NCBI GenBank assembly: GCA_032718475.1
Contig: JAUCBJ010002985.1
Location: 1-64,000 of the forward strand
Length of the DNA: 64,000 bases
DNA from: Nemertoderma westbladi
Taxonomy: Eukaryota > Animalia > Xenacoelomorpha
Direction of reading: 5' to 3'
The notes beneath the pieces are model-generated. The model had not been told where the DNA came from. It saw only the letters and a list, made by a program, of their open reading frames with translations, and did not search any database. Shown in pieces: positions 48,282 through 60,800 of this stretch; the first letter of the stretch is position 1; each line of letters opens with the position of its first letter. The position numbers and the translations under genes are program-made.

Positions 48282-51200
48282 TTAACTATCTGATAGTTCA
48301 TTGTTTGGTTCCCGATAAATAGGTATATTGTTTTTCTTTATCGGTTTTTCAACCTTTGTTTGATAGTGACCCCAGGGAAGCGAATGATTTTTATTAACCC
48401 AATAAAGTTTATCGTCAAATGCGCTGAGAGCAAACGTATCTCATGCTACAGTGTACACTTTGTGTAATTGACTCTGAAATTGATGCGTTTCCTTGGAAAT
48501 TTCTTCGTTATGTTTATATGCTCTTAAATAATCTTTGTGGCAAATATTTTTATCCACAACAGCTCTTGTTATTCCTTTCGCCCGTCGTATGTTAGATTCA
48601 TTCCATTCCAAAATTGAATATAATTTTGGTCTTAAAAATACTGCTTCCTTAATCTCTCGTGAGCACAACTCGTCTTTACAGTAATAGAGTCTGGATTTAT
48701 TTTTATCGCTGTAGAGAGGGTGATCCTTGGGGTAATTGGATGTATCTAGAATATTATTTTTAATTAAGGCTTTTAAAAAATTATTCTGCGATGTATTATA
48801 GTAACAACCTATTAAAGAGTCCGTATCTGATGCTACAATTTCAATTCGACAGTTTAATTCTTTCTCAATAGGTAGCAATTTATTGTAGTACAACTCATAC
48901 ATATCCAATTTAGCCAAGTCCAAGACAGTACTACCTACATAGACCGGCTTATCTAGTGTTACAGAGTCTTTCACTAATAAGTGACCCGATAAGGAATCAT
49001 TATAAATCATGAAATTTTCGTGATTTATACGTTTGACTAATAAATCGCATTTCTCTTTGCTATTAGCGATACGAAAGTTACATCGATCTCTTATCTTCTC
49101 TATCGTTTTTCCAAATAACGAATTATTCAGAAGCTTTGCAACAGCTGTTTCAATGGAACTTTTTGCTATTCGCCTTTGATTAATATTAAAATCTATATAG
49201 GGTTTAAATACAAAGTCTTGATGGAAAGAATACAATTTATGGAGCTTAGTAACAATTAAACCTTGTTTTATATAAAATTTTAACAGTTTCAAATTTACAT
49301 GATAGAATTCCTTATCGAATTGTGTCAACATAAGTTTTGGTGCACACATCTTATACTTGCTATTAGTAGATCTTTGTTTACATACATGATTATATTGTTC
49401 CCTCATATATGGTGAAAGCATTGTCTCATTTATACTTAAATGTTCTGGGGCTAAGGGTAGTTCTAATGTACGATCATGAATATCTTTGGGATATTTCAAA
49501 TCGCAAATTAAGAAAAACCCAATATCCCCTTCAGTATCAAGATTTGTTAAATAGTTTATTAGTTCTTCTGGAGCGGCATTCTCTAAATATGTAACGTTGA
49601 CTTGTTCAAAACCTGAAACAGGTAGCTTTTTACTTAAATTACCAGAATACAAGGAATTAAAATCTATATTGAAAATATGACACTCTTCCTTGCTTGGATC
49701 ATAATTATCAGTATCTGGTATATTTGATTCTATGTAATGCTTTCGACAGAATGAAACCCCTCCTCTAATAGATGCTTCAAAATCTCTATATGTTTGGTAA
49801 TCTTTTATTAATGCTAACTTACATTTATTGTATTTCAGAGCGCAATCATAAGTGAAAGCTGCGATACTACAATAATAAACTACTTCTAATTCGTAGTTTT
49901 GTCTACATACTCTCCTAAAGTTCTCAAATATATCAGCGAGGAGACAAACATCGAGTTTTAAGTATGCTAAAAGATAATCTTTGAGATTCGAGCAGTCAAA
50001 CTGACTCCATGATGTGTTGGCAAAACTATATTCCTCGGGTGTACAGGTATTTTGTGTTAATTTACTATAAAATTTGTCTATTGATGGTAATTTCGAATCA
50101 TTGAATTTATTTAAATCTGTCAGATACTCGTAGGGAAATATACCTTTTTGTTTAATTGTTGCATTATTTAAATTTGGATAAAAATATTTCATTTGCTGTT
50201 CAGTAATTGGTAGTACTGATGTTATATCCTCGCTGTCTATATCCTTTGTTGAACAATCAACTAAAGTACTTAGGGAAAAGGATAAAAATTGATATGTGTC
50301 TAAGACACGTAGCTCGATCTTAGTTTTTTCATCTTTCACTGGTATATGCATGCTTAGTGAAATATACCTTTCAGAATTTTTAGGGATCACCTTTATATCC
50401 CAATCGGAATATTTATTGTTAGTAAAACCAACTTGTAAAAGAAAATGCAAATCATAGTGATTGCAGTTGTGTGCAGCGAGTATATACATGTGTCGTTTCA
50501 ACGATAAAGAGCGGTTACATGCGTTACAAGCGGCCGCTATATAGTTACCAGTAATATGTGAGTGATGTTTGTTTTTCTCAGATTTATCCTTAAATAAAAC
50601 ATTGCAATAAAAGCAAGTTTTAGCTTTCCAAAAACTTAACTTATCTACATCATTAAGTATCATCTTTTCGTGTGTATGATCTTCCGACCACTTATATAAT
50701 TGGGTGATGTCATTATATACAGAGTCTAAAAAGTCTTGAATACAGTTGTTGTCGATTGTTTTTGTAAAGGTCTTCAAATAAAATTTTGGTGGATTGATTA
50801 ATTCGGCACTAGGGACAATTAAATAACTTACAGCGCATGGAATATGATTCTGAATAAATTTACTGTTGCTGGATGGCTCCAAAATAGATTCTATGTCAAA
50901 ATATATTACAAACAATGCTGGTAATGTTCTGTCTAAATTTCTAAAGCTAATGTGAGTTCTTTTTTCAGATGGTAGCTTCTCAACTTGACTTTTTCCTCGA
51001 TAACAAGCAAGACGGTGACGTTCTAGAACATCCTTGCTGTAGGACTGAGACAAACACCGTTCACAATATTTCCTACATCCAATATGCTTACCTCTTGTAT
51101 TCAACATGCGATTCAAGTTAGTTATGCAAACATAATGTGATTGTTTACTCGTATTCTTATTTTTTACAAGTAATATATTCAATAACTCTTTATCTGGAGT

Positions 51201-52148
51201 GATTTTACTAAATGGTGCCTGTCTTAATATAGATACTCAATTGTTGTCGTAGAGTAATAAATTAATTATATATGCTGAATTCTGTTTTTCAAAAAGTTTA
51301 ATTGTAAGCGGCCATTCTGTTGGATAATCTTTGTTCCCGTTGTCAAAAATAAAATGACTCATATAATTTTTGTACTGCGAAGTACGATGTTTGTTGTTTT
51401 TCACTTTGCTGCTAAACTTTGTGGCTATAATAGCCCATTTGAAACAGTCATTATCAGCCGTTTGTATATTTATAACACATTTTTTAACTGATAGAGCCTT
51501 AGGTAACTCCATATAACCGTGACCTTTATATTCCAGTGACCTACACTTAGATTCAGCTACTTTAATTTCCACTCTTAATAAAGATTTAACGCGCCATCCT
51601 GAGCCACGAGTGTTAAATATGGCTATTTTTTGCATTAATTTTTCTAGTACATACTCAAACCATGTGTCAAAACTTTCATGTGAATCTACGGTATTAACTG
51701 CACCACCTGAAGAACTAAAATAGAAAGTTTCTTCTTGGTCTCCCTCTGAAAAATGTGATCGATACATGAGTATATTCACACCTAACCAGGGTCTAAGTAC
51801 ATTCATTTCGCTAAGTTTTCCTAATAATAACGTTTTGATGTGAGGTAGAATATGAACTATCGATGAATGAATATCAGGAAAATCTTCATCATTCGGAAGA
51901 TTGTAAACATTTCTTTCAACATCTTCTAAACACTCTTTATTACAAGTAGGACAAGTTTTTTCATACACGCAAAACTTCATTTCTTTACATCCCGTAGTTG
52001 ATTCATGTCGTTTGCATATTTCTTCACGTGAACATTTCACTCGACAATTAAAACAATTGTATTCTTGAAAATGTGATTTCAAGTGAGTTAAATAATTTCG
52101 TTTAGAAATTTGAAGAGGACAAAATGGACATTTCAATTGTTTATCCAT
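48282..52148 (-). pseudogene. polB: Protein-primed family B DNA polymerase (~1288 codons) with two in-frame TGA
   Basis: Exo motifs YFDIES, AHN...YDLHFL and YLKLDV. Pol motifs DFNSLY, KLLNNSLFGKT and SDTDS. One frame throughout, with TGA at 51237-51239 and 48441-48443. The conserved ALSAFDDK...LPWGHY follows the second TGA; TAA at 48282-48284. Confidence 0.93.
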
Positions 52149-52692
52149 CTCTTTATTATCCTAAAAACAATTTAAAATTAATATGAATATTGTTATATAT
52201 ATAATCAAAAAAAATTCATAAGCTACTCAACATAAATAAAATATAATATCTAAACTTTAATTAATTTAATATTTTCAGAATGAGCTCGATTGAATCAGTT
52301 GAGCTCTTTATATATATTTCAAGTTTCTACTTATACCAACCAATCATAAATAACAGTTACATTGGAAACTAATATCATAAATAAAGTTGCTTTTACAACT
52401 GAATTCTTTTTAATAAAATCAAGTCTAAACCAAGATGTGCATAATACGTTTTTAATTTTCATTAATAAAGTAGGTTTTACATGCTAATGTTTTATTATGG
52501 TGGTGTAATCTCACGCATTTACATGGGAATGTTTTTATACCTAATCCTGTGCTCACATTAAACTATCACCAATATTTACTCAATAAAGTCACCTTTACAT
52601 GCAAATACTTTATAATAATCATGCTTTGTGTTAAAAAGTTACCTTTACTAGTTAGTGTGAAACTGAAAAAAAAGTCTCTAGTTAATAATAAA

Positions 52693-53736
52693 TCAATCTG
52701 ATACTGCTTTTATATGTTCCTTATTGTAATCTGCTACCTCTTCACTTGCTTTTGTAACTTTTATTTTCTTTGTAGGTATAGAATCATTGTTGGGAATGGA
52801 AGATGTTTGAGATGTAGATCTGCGCTTTCTATCACTCGATGTCTCTTCGATGTATGTCTTTGGATTAAATGTAGATGAAACTACTTCTGGAAATGACTTA
52901 TTAACCTTAAACTTCCAAGTTGGTTGATATAGAATCGCGAAACCGTCTGCTATATCAGTTGATGAAACCTTTAACATCATATCGTAGAGAAACTCTATAT
53001 GAGGTATGTCTTTATCGTAATGTAACTGTAAATATTTGCTTTCCTTGTCTGTAATAATTACTTTTTTTTCTTGTACATTTATTTTTACTTTAAGTCGGTT
53101 AGATAAAGCTTTATCGCCCGTATCTAGCTCTGAAAAGACACCTTCGTTACTAATTTCATAATTCCATTCATACCACAATGAATTTACTTCCGATGCTGTT
53201 AAGTTAAACCCATTATAATACCTAAGACCAATAGCATCAGAATATCTAGCTGAAATCTCCCATAGTCCCATATAAGTCGTTCCTTTATATTTGCTTACAA
53301 ATCCAACAAAAGATGGGTTGGTTAAATTAACAACAGAACACTGATTTATTATTTCGAGTGGTGGTGATAACAATTCTAATATTTCTGTCTTACTCTGAAG
53401 CAATAAATTAATGAGTGATTTGTTTAGAATTTGACATTTGCCTTGCATCTGAATATATACGTTTTCAGTAATAACACAGGTGGAAATATTTAACTTTCCT
53501 CTTGTAAATTCTATATTAGGATAAATATTACCTCTTGAAACTGGTGATTCCTTTTGTCGGTTGATTAATATTTCTAAGACGTCTAGAAGGTAGAGTGTAT
53601 CCTGGTAAGAGAAGCACGTTGTTACATTGCTATCGCTTGAGTGTAATATAAAGTACTTGCCATAAACAATACTACAGGTATATTTATTACATATAAATTT
53701 CCAAGTATTGCTTGAAGTTTTTTTAAATAAATCCAT
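52693..53736 (-). CDS. Polinton accessory protein with a PC4-like ssDNA-binding motif (347 aa from ATG 53736)
   Basis: Long ORF. VSKYKGTTYMGLWE...NGFNLTASEVNSL resembles the PC4 signature. Basic NLS-like tail (RKRR, KKIK). Confidence 0.6.
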   Translation of the reverse strand: MDLFKKTSSNTWKFICNKYTCSIVYGKYFILHSSDSNVTTCFSYQDTLYLLDVLEILINRQKESPVSRGNIYPNIEFTRGKLNISTCVITENVYIQMQGKCQILNKSLINLLLQSKTEILELLSPPLEIINQCSVVNLTNPSFVGFVSKYKGTTYMGLWEISARYSDAIGLRYYNGFNLTASEVNSLWYEWNYEISNEGVFSELDTGDKALSNRLKVKINVQEKKVIITDKESKYLQLHYDKDIPHIEFLYDMMLKVSSTDIADGFAILYQPTWKFKVNKSFPEVVSSTFNPKTYIEETSSDRKRRSTSQTSSIPNNDSIPTKKIKVTKASEEVADYNKEHIKAVSD

Positions 53737-54611
53737 AATTAGAATGAAAACTATTTTGAAAAATAAAAAAACTAAATAAATGATTATTAGATTGTAAAAC
53801 TTCTGTTTATATGGTTGCTTTAATACAACAGAGTGACTTACAGTGAGGAATATAGTAGCTTCGTGTAACATATGCAACGTGTACAGCTAAATTTATTACA
53901 TTAGCGTGAGTTAGAGAGTGAAATAGCAGTAACATGTAACAGATGCAACGTGATCAATGCTAGCCCTGTCATTCTAACTTATTCAACTTAGTTGTTCGAG
54001 CAGTCACATCGATAAAAGAAATCGATTATTATTAATAGTCGAATTACTGTATTCTATGCTATAGTAATTATGTTAAGGAACTAGAAGCTATTTGTAAACA
54101 TCTGCTACCAGTGATGAAGATGAAGAATTCAATGACTATGGTATAACTCAGATATTTATTGCCTTTTTCTCTCGAGGTCCGATGGAAGAGTGTGTGGAGA
54201 ATTGCGGTAAAACACTAGGGTACAGCAACGTAGCCAAGTAGCGAGTGGGTGGATAGGAAATCATTGAGTTGACAACAATCAATCAATAACAAACAACACT
54301 AAAGAGAGGGAGAGAAAAAAGTGAAAGGAAGAGTAACCATCATAGCTACGGTAGGTATACGAATAGATGGTTAGGCTACGTACTGTACAGTACAATATCA
54401 TATCATATCATCGATTGAATATTTTGTTATAACTCGGATATTTATCGCCTTTTTCTCTCGAGGTTGGGTGGAAGAGTGAGTGGTGAATTGTGAGGAGTTA
54501 TAACGGTCCCGAGTTCGAACCCAGTTGAATATTTTGTTATCTGAAAAATTGCAAAATTAATTTAGTTACTGGTGAAAAATAGTAGAAGTTACCTGTAGAC
54601 ACCTCTAGCAT

Positions 54612-54956
54612 CTGTAAAATAAAGGTTGGTGAAGGTGAAAATACTGGTTGCTGAAAAATAGCGATTTGAAAAATAGTAGAAGTTACCTGTAGACACCCCT
54701 AGCATCTATAAAATAAAGGTTGGTGATTGGATGCAGTACTAGCGTTGGGTGACTAATAACGCCTCTAGCGGAATAAGCGGGAACTTGAGAAGTTACCATG
54801 GTTACGGATGAAATGCTGTCATCTGATTGGTTGAAATAATAACGACCACTGGTAAAGGATGAAATGGTGGCTTCTGATTGGATGCAGTACTAAAAATGGA
54901 TGGTAATGATGGACTATAGGTGACCTTGGTGCAGTGTCATACAAACATATACTACT
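54612..54956 (-). repeat. Polinton right TIR
   Basis: Reverse complement of 36759-37103. Confidence 0.97.
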
Positions 54957-55740
54957 TACCTTCTGTTCCAGGATTGAACGGCAGTGCCTCTCGTGCTGTA
55001 ATTCATCTTCGAGATTCGTTGATCTTTGTAGCATTTGTTCATGATTAGATTCATATTTACTGAGTCTGGATTGCATGGCTGTAATAATGCTGAGTAGTTC
55101 ATTTCTCAGGGAGTCTGTTGATGAGTTCGATGGGCTGTCATTTACTTCTTCATTTACTTCTTAGTTTCTTGCAAGATGTTGTGTACACTTTGTCAAAGTT
55201 CCATGTATATAGTTTAAAGATATCCACAGCCAGTTCGTTGGTGGTTGTACGGGATCTCAGGTGCATAGCTGTTGAGTCAACAGCGGACATGAGAAGTTTG
55301 ACCTTCATGAACAGATCATCTCGTATGGCAAGAATCTTAGAGACATTAATGCTTCTCCTGTTGTAATGCTTCTCTTTTTGGCCGCTGCATTATGCTATCC
55401 AGGTCATAGTAGTAATGTTCCAAGGGGTCGTCAGTATCTTTGGTGTATGTTTCGTTGCGAATTCCGGTTGACAGGCGCGGACCTAAGTATGTAATGGTCT
55501 CTAGGGTGGAGTCTACTTTCAGCTTTGCTATTGCTCGTTCTGCTTCTAGTCCTGATCCAGAAGTGAGGTCCACAGATTCTTATCTTAGTGCGTGTTTGGA
55601 TACAGTTTGGTTACGTGTGGTTGGGTATAACCCATCTGCTGTGAATTTAACAGACTCTATTACATTGTGCATCCATTTTCTTGATGCCAGACTGTCAGAG
55701 TGTATTGGTGGCACAAGGTCACTGAGGACTACATGTTGAG
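54957..55740 (-). pseudogene. LINE ORF1, N-terminal part (coiled-coil), separated from the rest by the Polinton
   Basis: ...LEDELQHERHCRSILEQKV ends in the TSD and continues as SDLMNENNLLP at 36752. The 5' boundary is unresolved. Confidence 0.75.
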
Positions 55741-56257
55741 AGTGGATAATTATTTTGTAAGGAATGATCGTTTGAGAGCATAGACAACATTGTACTTATA
55801 CAAAGATCAATAATATATATTACAATGAGATGCCTTCATACCATACATCATACCATGGTGCCTTCATACCATCTTTCATATAGGGCATATACAATATATC
55901 CAACACATTCATTACAGTACAACATATTGTGTAATACAACTGTATTTAACCAGTATATTTAATTGCGTGTACAGTACACGCTAAATAAGATATATCTCTA
56001 CAGTAGGCAGTGGATGTAATCATAAATAAGACATTGAGAGGGCCCAGGCTCACATACTGTACCACCTTCAGTGTAACCTGTCGTGAACTACTGTACAAAC
56101 ACTAGCTGTTTTTTAGTGTAAATATAAAGTTTATTAGTAAGAAAGTAAGGTAAAGATGTTAAATCGGGGAAATTAATTATTAAAGATGTTGAAGGCCGAC
56201 ACCCGCTGGCAAAGTTCAAATAGAACCATATTGAAAGATATGGACCTGTTGAAAAAT

Positions 56258-56316
56258 TCACGTTGGGACCGCGATTCGAACCAGGGACCTCTCACAAACC
56301 GTGTAGCTCTTCCTCC
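56258..56316 (-). other. tRNA-derived (SINE-like) fragment
   Basis: Minus strand reads GAGAGGTCCCTGGTTCGAATCGCGG, a B-box/T-arm. No A-box or full cloverleaf. Abuts the TTAA insertion. Confidence 0.45.
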
Positions 56317-56320
56317 TTAA

Positions 56321-57877
56321 CCCTATTAGTACCGGGCTATAAAATGTTGTACAAATACCGGGGGGGGGGGGGTCATATTGACCCCCCCCTCTAAAATCTT
56401 CAAATTTTTCCGAAAACGTCTGATTTTTTGTTTGTACGTAGGTATCACTAGTCAAGATCCGACCGAAAAAAAAAATTTTCGAAAAAATGTACTGGGGTGG
56501 TTATATTGCAGCACCAAAATTACAAGTAGTGCACAATTTTCAGAAAATTTGAAACTTACATTTTTCGTCTAATTGTTTTTCAATACAGGTTTTCTGGGGC
56601 GCAAAATACATTGGAAAATATTTAAAAATGATTTGATTACTATAAATGGCTGTTTAGTCCTCTCTGCGTCGGAAAAAAATGAAAAAAACAAGTAACCAGC
56701 ACTTTTCTGTTAGAACACAAAATTTTTAATTCACTTATACGATGCTATAAATTCACATTTTCAGGTTTTCTAGGGCGCTGATTCTAATGGAATACATTTC
56801 TAAAATGCCCCATCATTGCTACTTGTATTTTTCGACGTAATTTGGCAAATTTTGGTGCTAGGACCAAATTTCGTACCCATCACCAAAAAGTACAAGTTTG
56901 CGATGTCAAGTGCTGTTTTTATTGATTCCATCGGATTCAGGACCCTCATAAACCCGTATAACGCAATAAACAAGATGATACTATCTACTGATCAATTTGC
57001 TTATTTTCCAAAATTTGGTGCTGGCACAACAATTTTCACCCACCGGCGAAAAATACAAGTTTGAAAACTCTCATGAAATTTTTACTGATTCCATTGAATT
57101 CAGAACCCTCACAAACCCGTATAACGCAAGAAACAAGGTGACACAATCAATTTATATATTTGATGGTTTTCAAAATTTGGTGCTAGCACCACATTTTGCA
57201 CCCACTTCCGAAAAATACAAGTTTGAGATGCCTAGATCGAAAAATATATATTCCATTCAATTCAGAATAGCCATAAACCTCTAAAACGCAAGAATTAAAT
57301 TGTCACAAACAATTTTATCAATTGAATGGATTTTCAAAATTTTGTGCTAGCACCAAAATTTGCACCCACCACCGAAAAATACAAGTTTGATACGCTTGGT
57401 GCAACTCGTATATATTTCATCGAAACCAGAACCCCAAAAAACCCCAATTGCGTAAAAAACAAGTTTCACACAATCAATTTAAAAAATTGACATATTTCAA
57501 AATTTGGTGCTGGCACCAAAAATTGGCACCCGCCGAAAAAAACAAGTTTGAAATTTCTAAATCAATTTATATGAATTCCATCCAATTTCTAACACAAAAA
57601 ACCGGTGTAAATCAATAATAGAGATGTTACAATTCATATTTAATGAAATGTACTTTTCAAAAAACGTCTCAAAAAAAGTGCCAAAAGTAGGGTTAAAAAA
57701 TGGTGCTATAACTCGAAAACTACCCAATATTTTTAAAAACGGTTTTCACTACTAGGAAGACAATAGATTTTTAGGAAAAGTCATAAAATTTCAGATTCCC
57801 AACTGCGTTTGTTTCAGAATTATAATAAAAAAACCACGGGAGGGGTCATATTGACCCCCCCCCCGGGTTTAATAGGG
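56321..57877. mobile_element. Non-autonomous piggyBac-type DNA transposon (1557 bp)
   Basis: TTAA|CCCTATTAGTACCGGG ... CCCGGGTTTAATAGGG|TTAA, with subterminal GGGGTCATATTGACCCC near-palindromes at both ends. No transposase. Confidence 0.85.
56845..57610. repeat. Internal ~163-bp tandem repeat, ~5 diverged copies
   Basis: CAAAATTTGGTGCT(A/G)GCACC...AAATACAAGTTTG at ~56847, 57009, 57171, 57335 and 57498. Confidence 0.85.
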
Positions 57878-60800
57878 TTAACCTTTACTTTACTTCCCCT
57901 TTTATATCTACCTTATAATCCCTTCGGTTAATACTAGACTGTCAATGCAATAGCCGCGAGCATCGGCATGTTCACAACCTCGTACTATGGTAACTCAGTA
58001 TTTGCATGACAGAAAGTAACATAGTTTGAACTCACTTGGTGTCTAAAACCGAACTTCACTTACTATACATCACCAAACTTTACGAACTATATATAATAGA
58101 CCTACATCACGGAACTTCACGAACTATACATCACCGAACTTCACTACTGTAATTTTACATCACCGAACTTCACGAACTATAACATCCCCGAACTTCACTA
58201 AGTATACATTACCACACTTCACGAACTATACATCACATAACTTCACGAAGTATACATCACAGAACGTCACGATATACATCACAGAACTTCACGAAGTATA
58301 CATCAAAGAACTTCCCGAAGTATATATACATCACAGAACTTCACGAAGTATATATACATCACAGAACTTCACGAAGTATATATACATCACAGAACTTTAC
58401 GAAGTATAGATCACAGAACTTCACGAAGTATACATCACAGATCTTCACGAAGTATACATCACATAACTTCACGAAGTATAACATCACAGAACTTCACGAA
58501 GTATATATACATCACAGAACTTCACGAAGTATGCATCACAGAACTTCACGAAGTATAACATCACAGAACTTCACGAAGTATATACATCACAGAACGTCAC
58601 GAAGTATATACATCACAGAACTTCACGAAGTATACATCAAAGAACTTCACGAAGTATATATACATCACAGAACTTCACGAAGTACACATCAAAGAAATTC
58701 ACGAAGTATATATACATCACAGAACTTCACGAAGTATACATCACAGAACTTCATGAAGTATACATCAAAGAAGTTCACGAAGTATATATACATCACAGAA
58801 CTTCACGAAGTACACATCAAAGAAATTCACGAAGTATATATACATCACAGAACTTCACGAAGTATACATCACAGAACTTCATGACGTATACATCAAAGAA
58901 CTTCACGAAGTATATATACATCACAGAACTTCACGAAGTACACATCAAAGAAATTCACGAAGTATATATACATCACAGAACTTCACGAAGTATACATCAC
59001 AGAACTTCATGAAGTATACATCACAGAACTTCACGAAGTATACATCAAAGAACTTCACGAAGTATATATACATCACAGAACTTCACGAAGTATAACATCA
59101 CAGAACTTCACGAAGTATATACATCACAGAACGTCACGAAGTATATACATCACAGAACTTCACGAAGTATACATCACAGAACGTCACGAAGTATATACAT
59201 CACAGAACTTGACGAAGTATACATCAAAGAACTTCACGAAGTATATATACATCACAGAACTTCACGAAGTACACATCAAAGAACTTCACGAAGTATATAT
59301 ACATCACAGAACTTCACGAAGTATATATACATCACAGAACTTCACGAAGTCGGCCTATACATCACAGAATTTCACGAAGTATACATCACAGAACTTCACG
59401 AAGTATAACATCACAGAACTTCACGAAGTATATATACATCACAGAACTTCACGAAGTATACATCACAGAACTTCACGAAGTATACATCACAGAACTTCAC
59501 GAAGTATGCATCACAGAACTTCACGAAGTATAACATCACAGAACTTCTCGAAGTATAACATCACAGAACTTCACGAAGTATATATACATCACAGAACTTC
59601 ACGAAGTATACATCACAGAACTTCACGAAGTATATATACATCACAGAACTTCACGAAGTATATATACATCACAGAACTTCACGAAGTATACATCACAGAA
59701 CTTCATGAAGTATGCATCACAGAACCTCACGAAGTATAACATTACAGAACTTCACGAAGTATAACATCACAGAACTTCACGAAGTATAACATCACAGAAC
59801 TTCACGAAGTATAACATCACAGAACTTCACGAAGTATAACATCACAGAACTTCACGAAGTATATATACATCACAGAACTTCACGAAGTATATATACAATA
59901 CAGAACTTCACGAAGTATATATACATCACAGAACTTCACGAAGTGTATATACTTCACATAACTTCACGAAGTATACATCAAAGAACTTCACGAAGTATAT
60001 ATACATCACAGAACTTCACGAAGTACACATCAAAAGAACTTCACGAAGTATATATACATCACAGAACTTCACGAAGTATATATACATCACAGAACTTCAC
60101 GAAGTCGGCCTATACATCACAGAATTTCACGAAGTATACATCACAGAACTTCACGAAGTATAACATCACAGAACTTCACGAAGTATATATACATCACAGA
60201 ACTTCACGAAGTATACATCACAGAACTTCACGAAATAATATACATCACAGAACTTCACGAAGTATAGCATCACAGAACTTAACGAAGTATATATACATCA
60301 CAGAACTTCACGAAGTATATATACATCACAGAACTTCACGAAGTATATATACATCACAGAACTTCACGAAGTATAACAGCACAGAACTTCACGAAGTATA
60401 ACATCACAGAACTTCACGAAGTATAACATCACAGAACTTCACGAAGTATAACATCACAGAACTTCACGAAGTATATATACATTACAGAACTTCACGAAGT
60501 ATGCATCACAGAACTTCACGAAGTATAATATCACAGAACTTCACGAAGTATAACATCACAGAACTTCACGAAGTATATATACATCACAGAACTTCACGAA
60601 GTATATATACATCACAGAACTTCACGAAGTATATATACATCACAGAACTTCACGAAGTATATATACATCACAGAACTTCACGAAGTATATATACATCACA
60701 GAACTTCACGAAGTATACATCACAGAACTTCACGAAGTATGCATCACAGAACCTCACGAAGTATAACATCACAGAACTTCACGAAGTATAACATCACAGA

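Larger units (their letters stand above)
36759..54956. mobile_element. Complete Polinton/Maverick (adintovirus-like endogenous virus), 18,198 bp
   Basis: 5'-AGTAGT...ACTACT-3' termini, 345-bp TIRs and a 6-bp TSD TACCTT (36753-36758, 54957-54962). Carries PolB, integrase, ATPase, protease and major/minor capsid genes. Confidence 0.98.

Noticed and set aside
44012-52148. Alternative genetic code explaining the in-frame stops
   Set aside because: Both TAG and TGA would need reassignment, yet both terminate other element genes (TGA at 38241 and 42607; TAG at 38751 and 46351), and penton 2 also has a frameshift.
53737-53877. Hydrophobic N-terminal extension (apparent TM/signal) of the 394-aa ORF
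   Set aside because: It starts at a non-ATG codon in T-rich upstream DNA. ATG 53736 is the more plausible start, although an upstream in-frame ATG exists.
54819-55076. 85-aa minus-strand ORF
   Set aside because: It is a chimera of LINE ORF1 reading into the Polinton TIR, not a gene.
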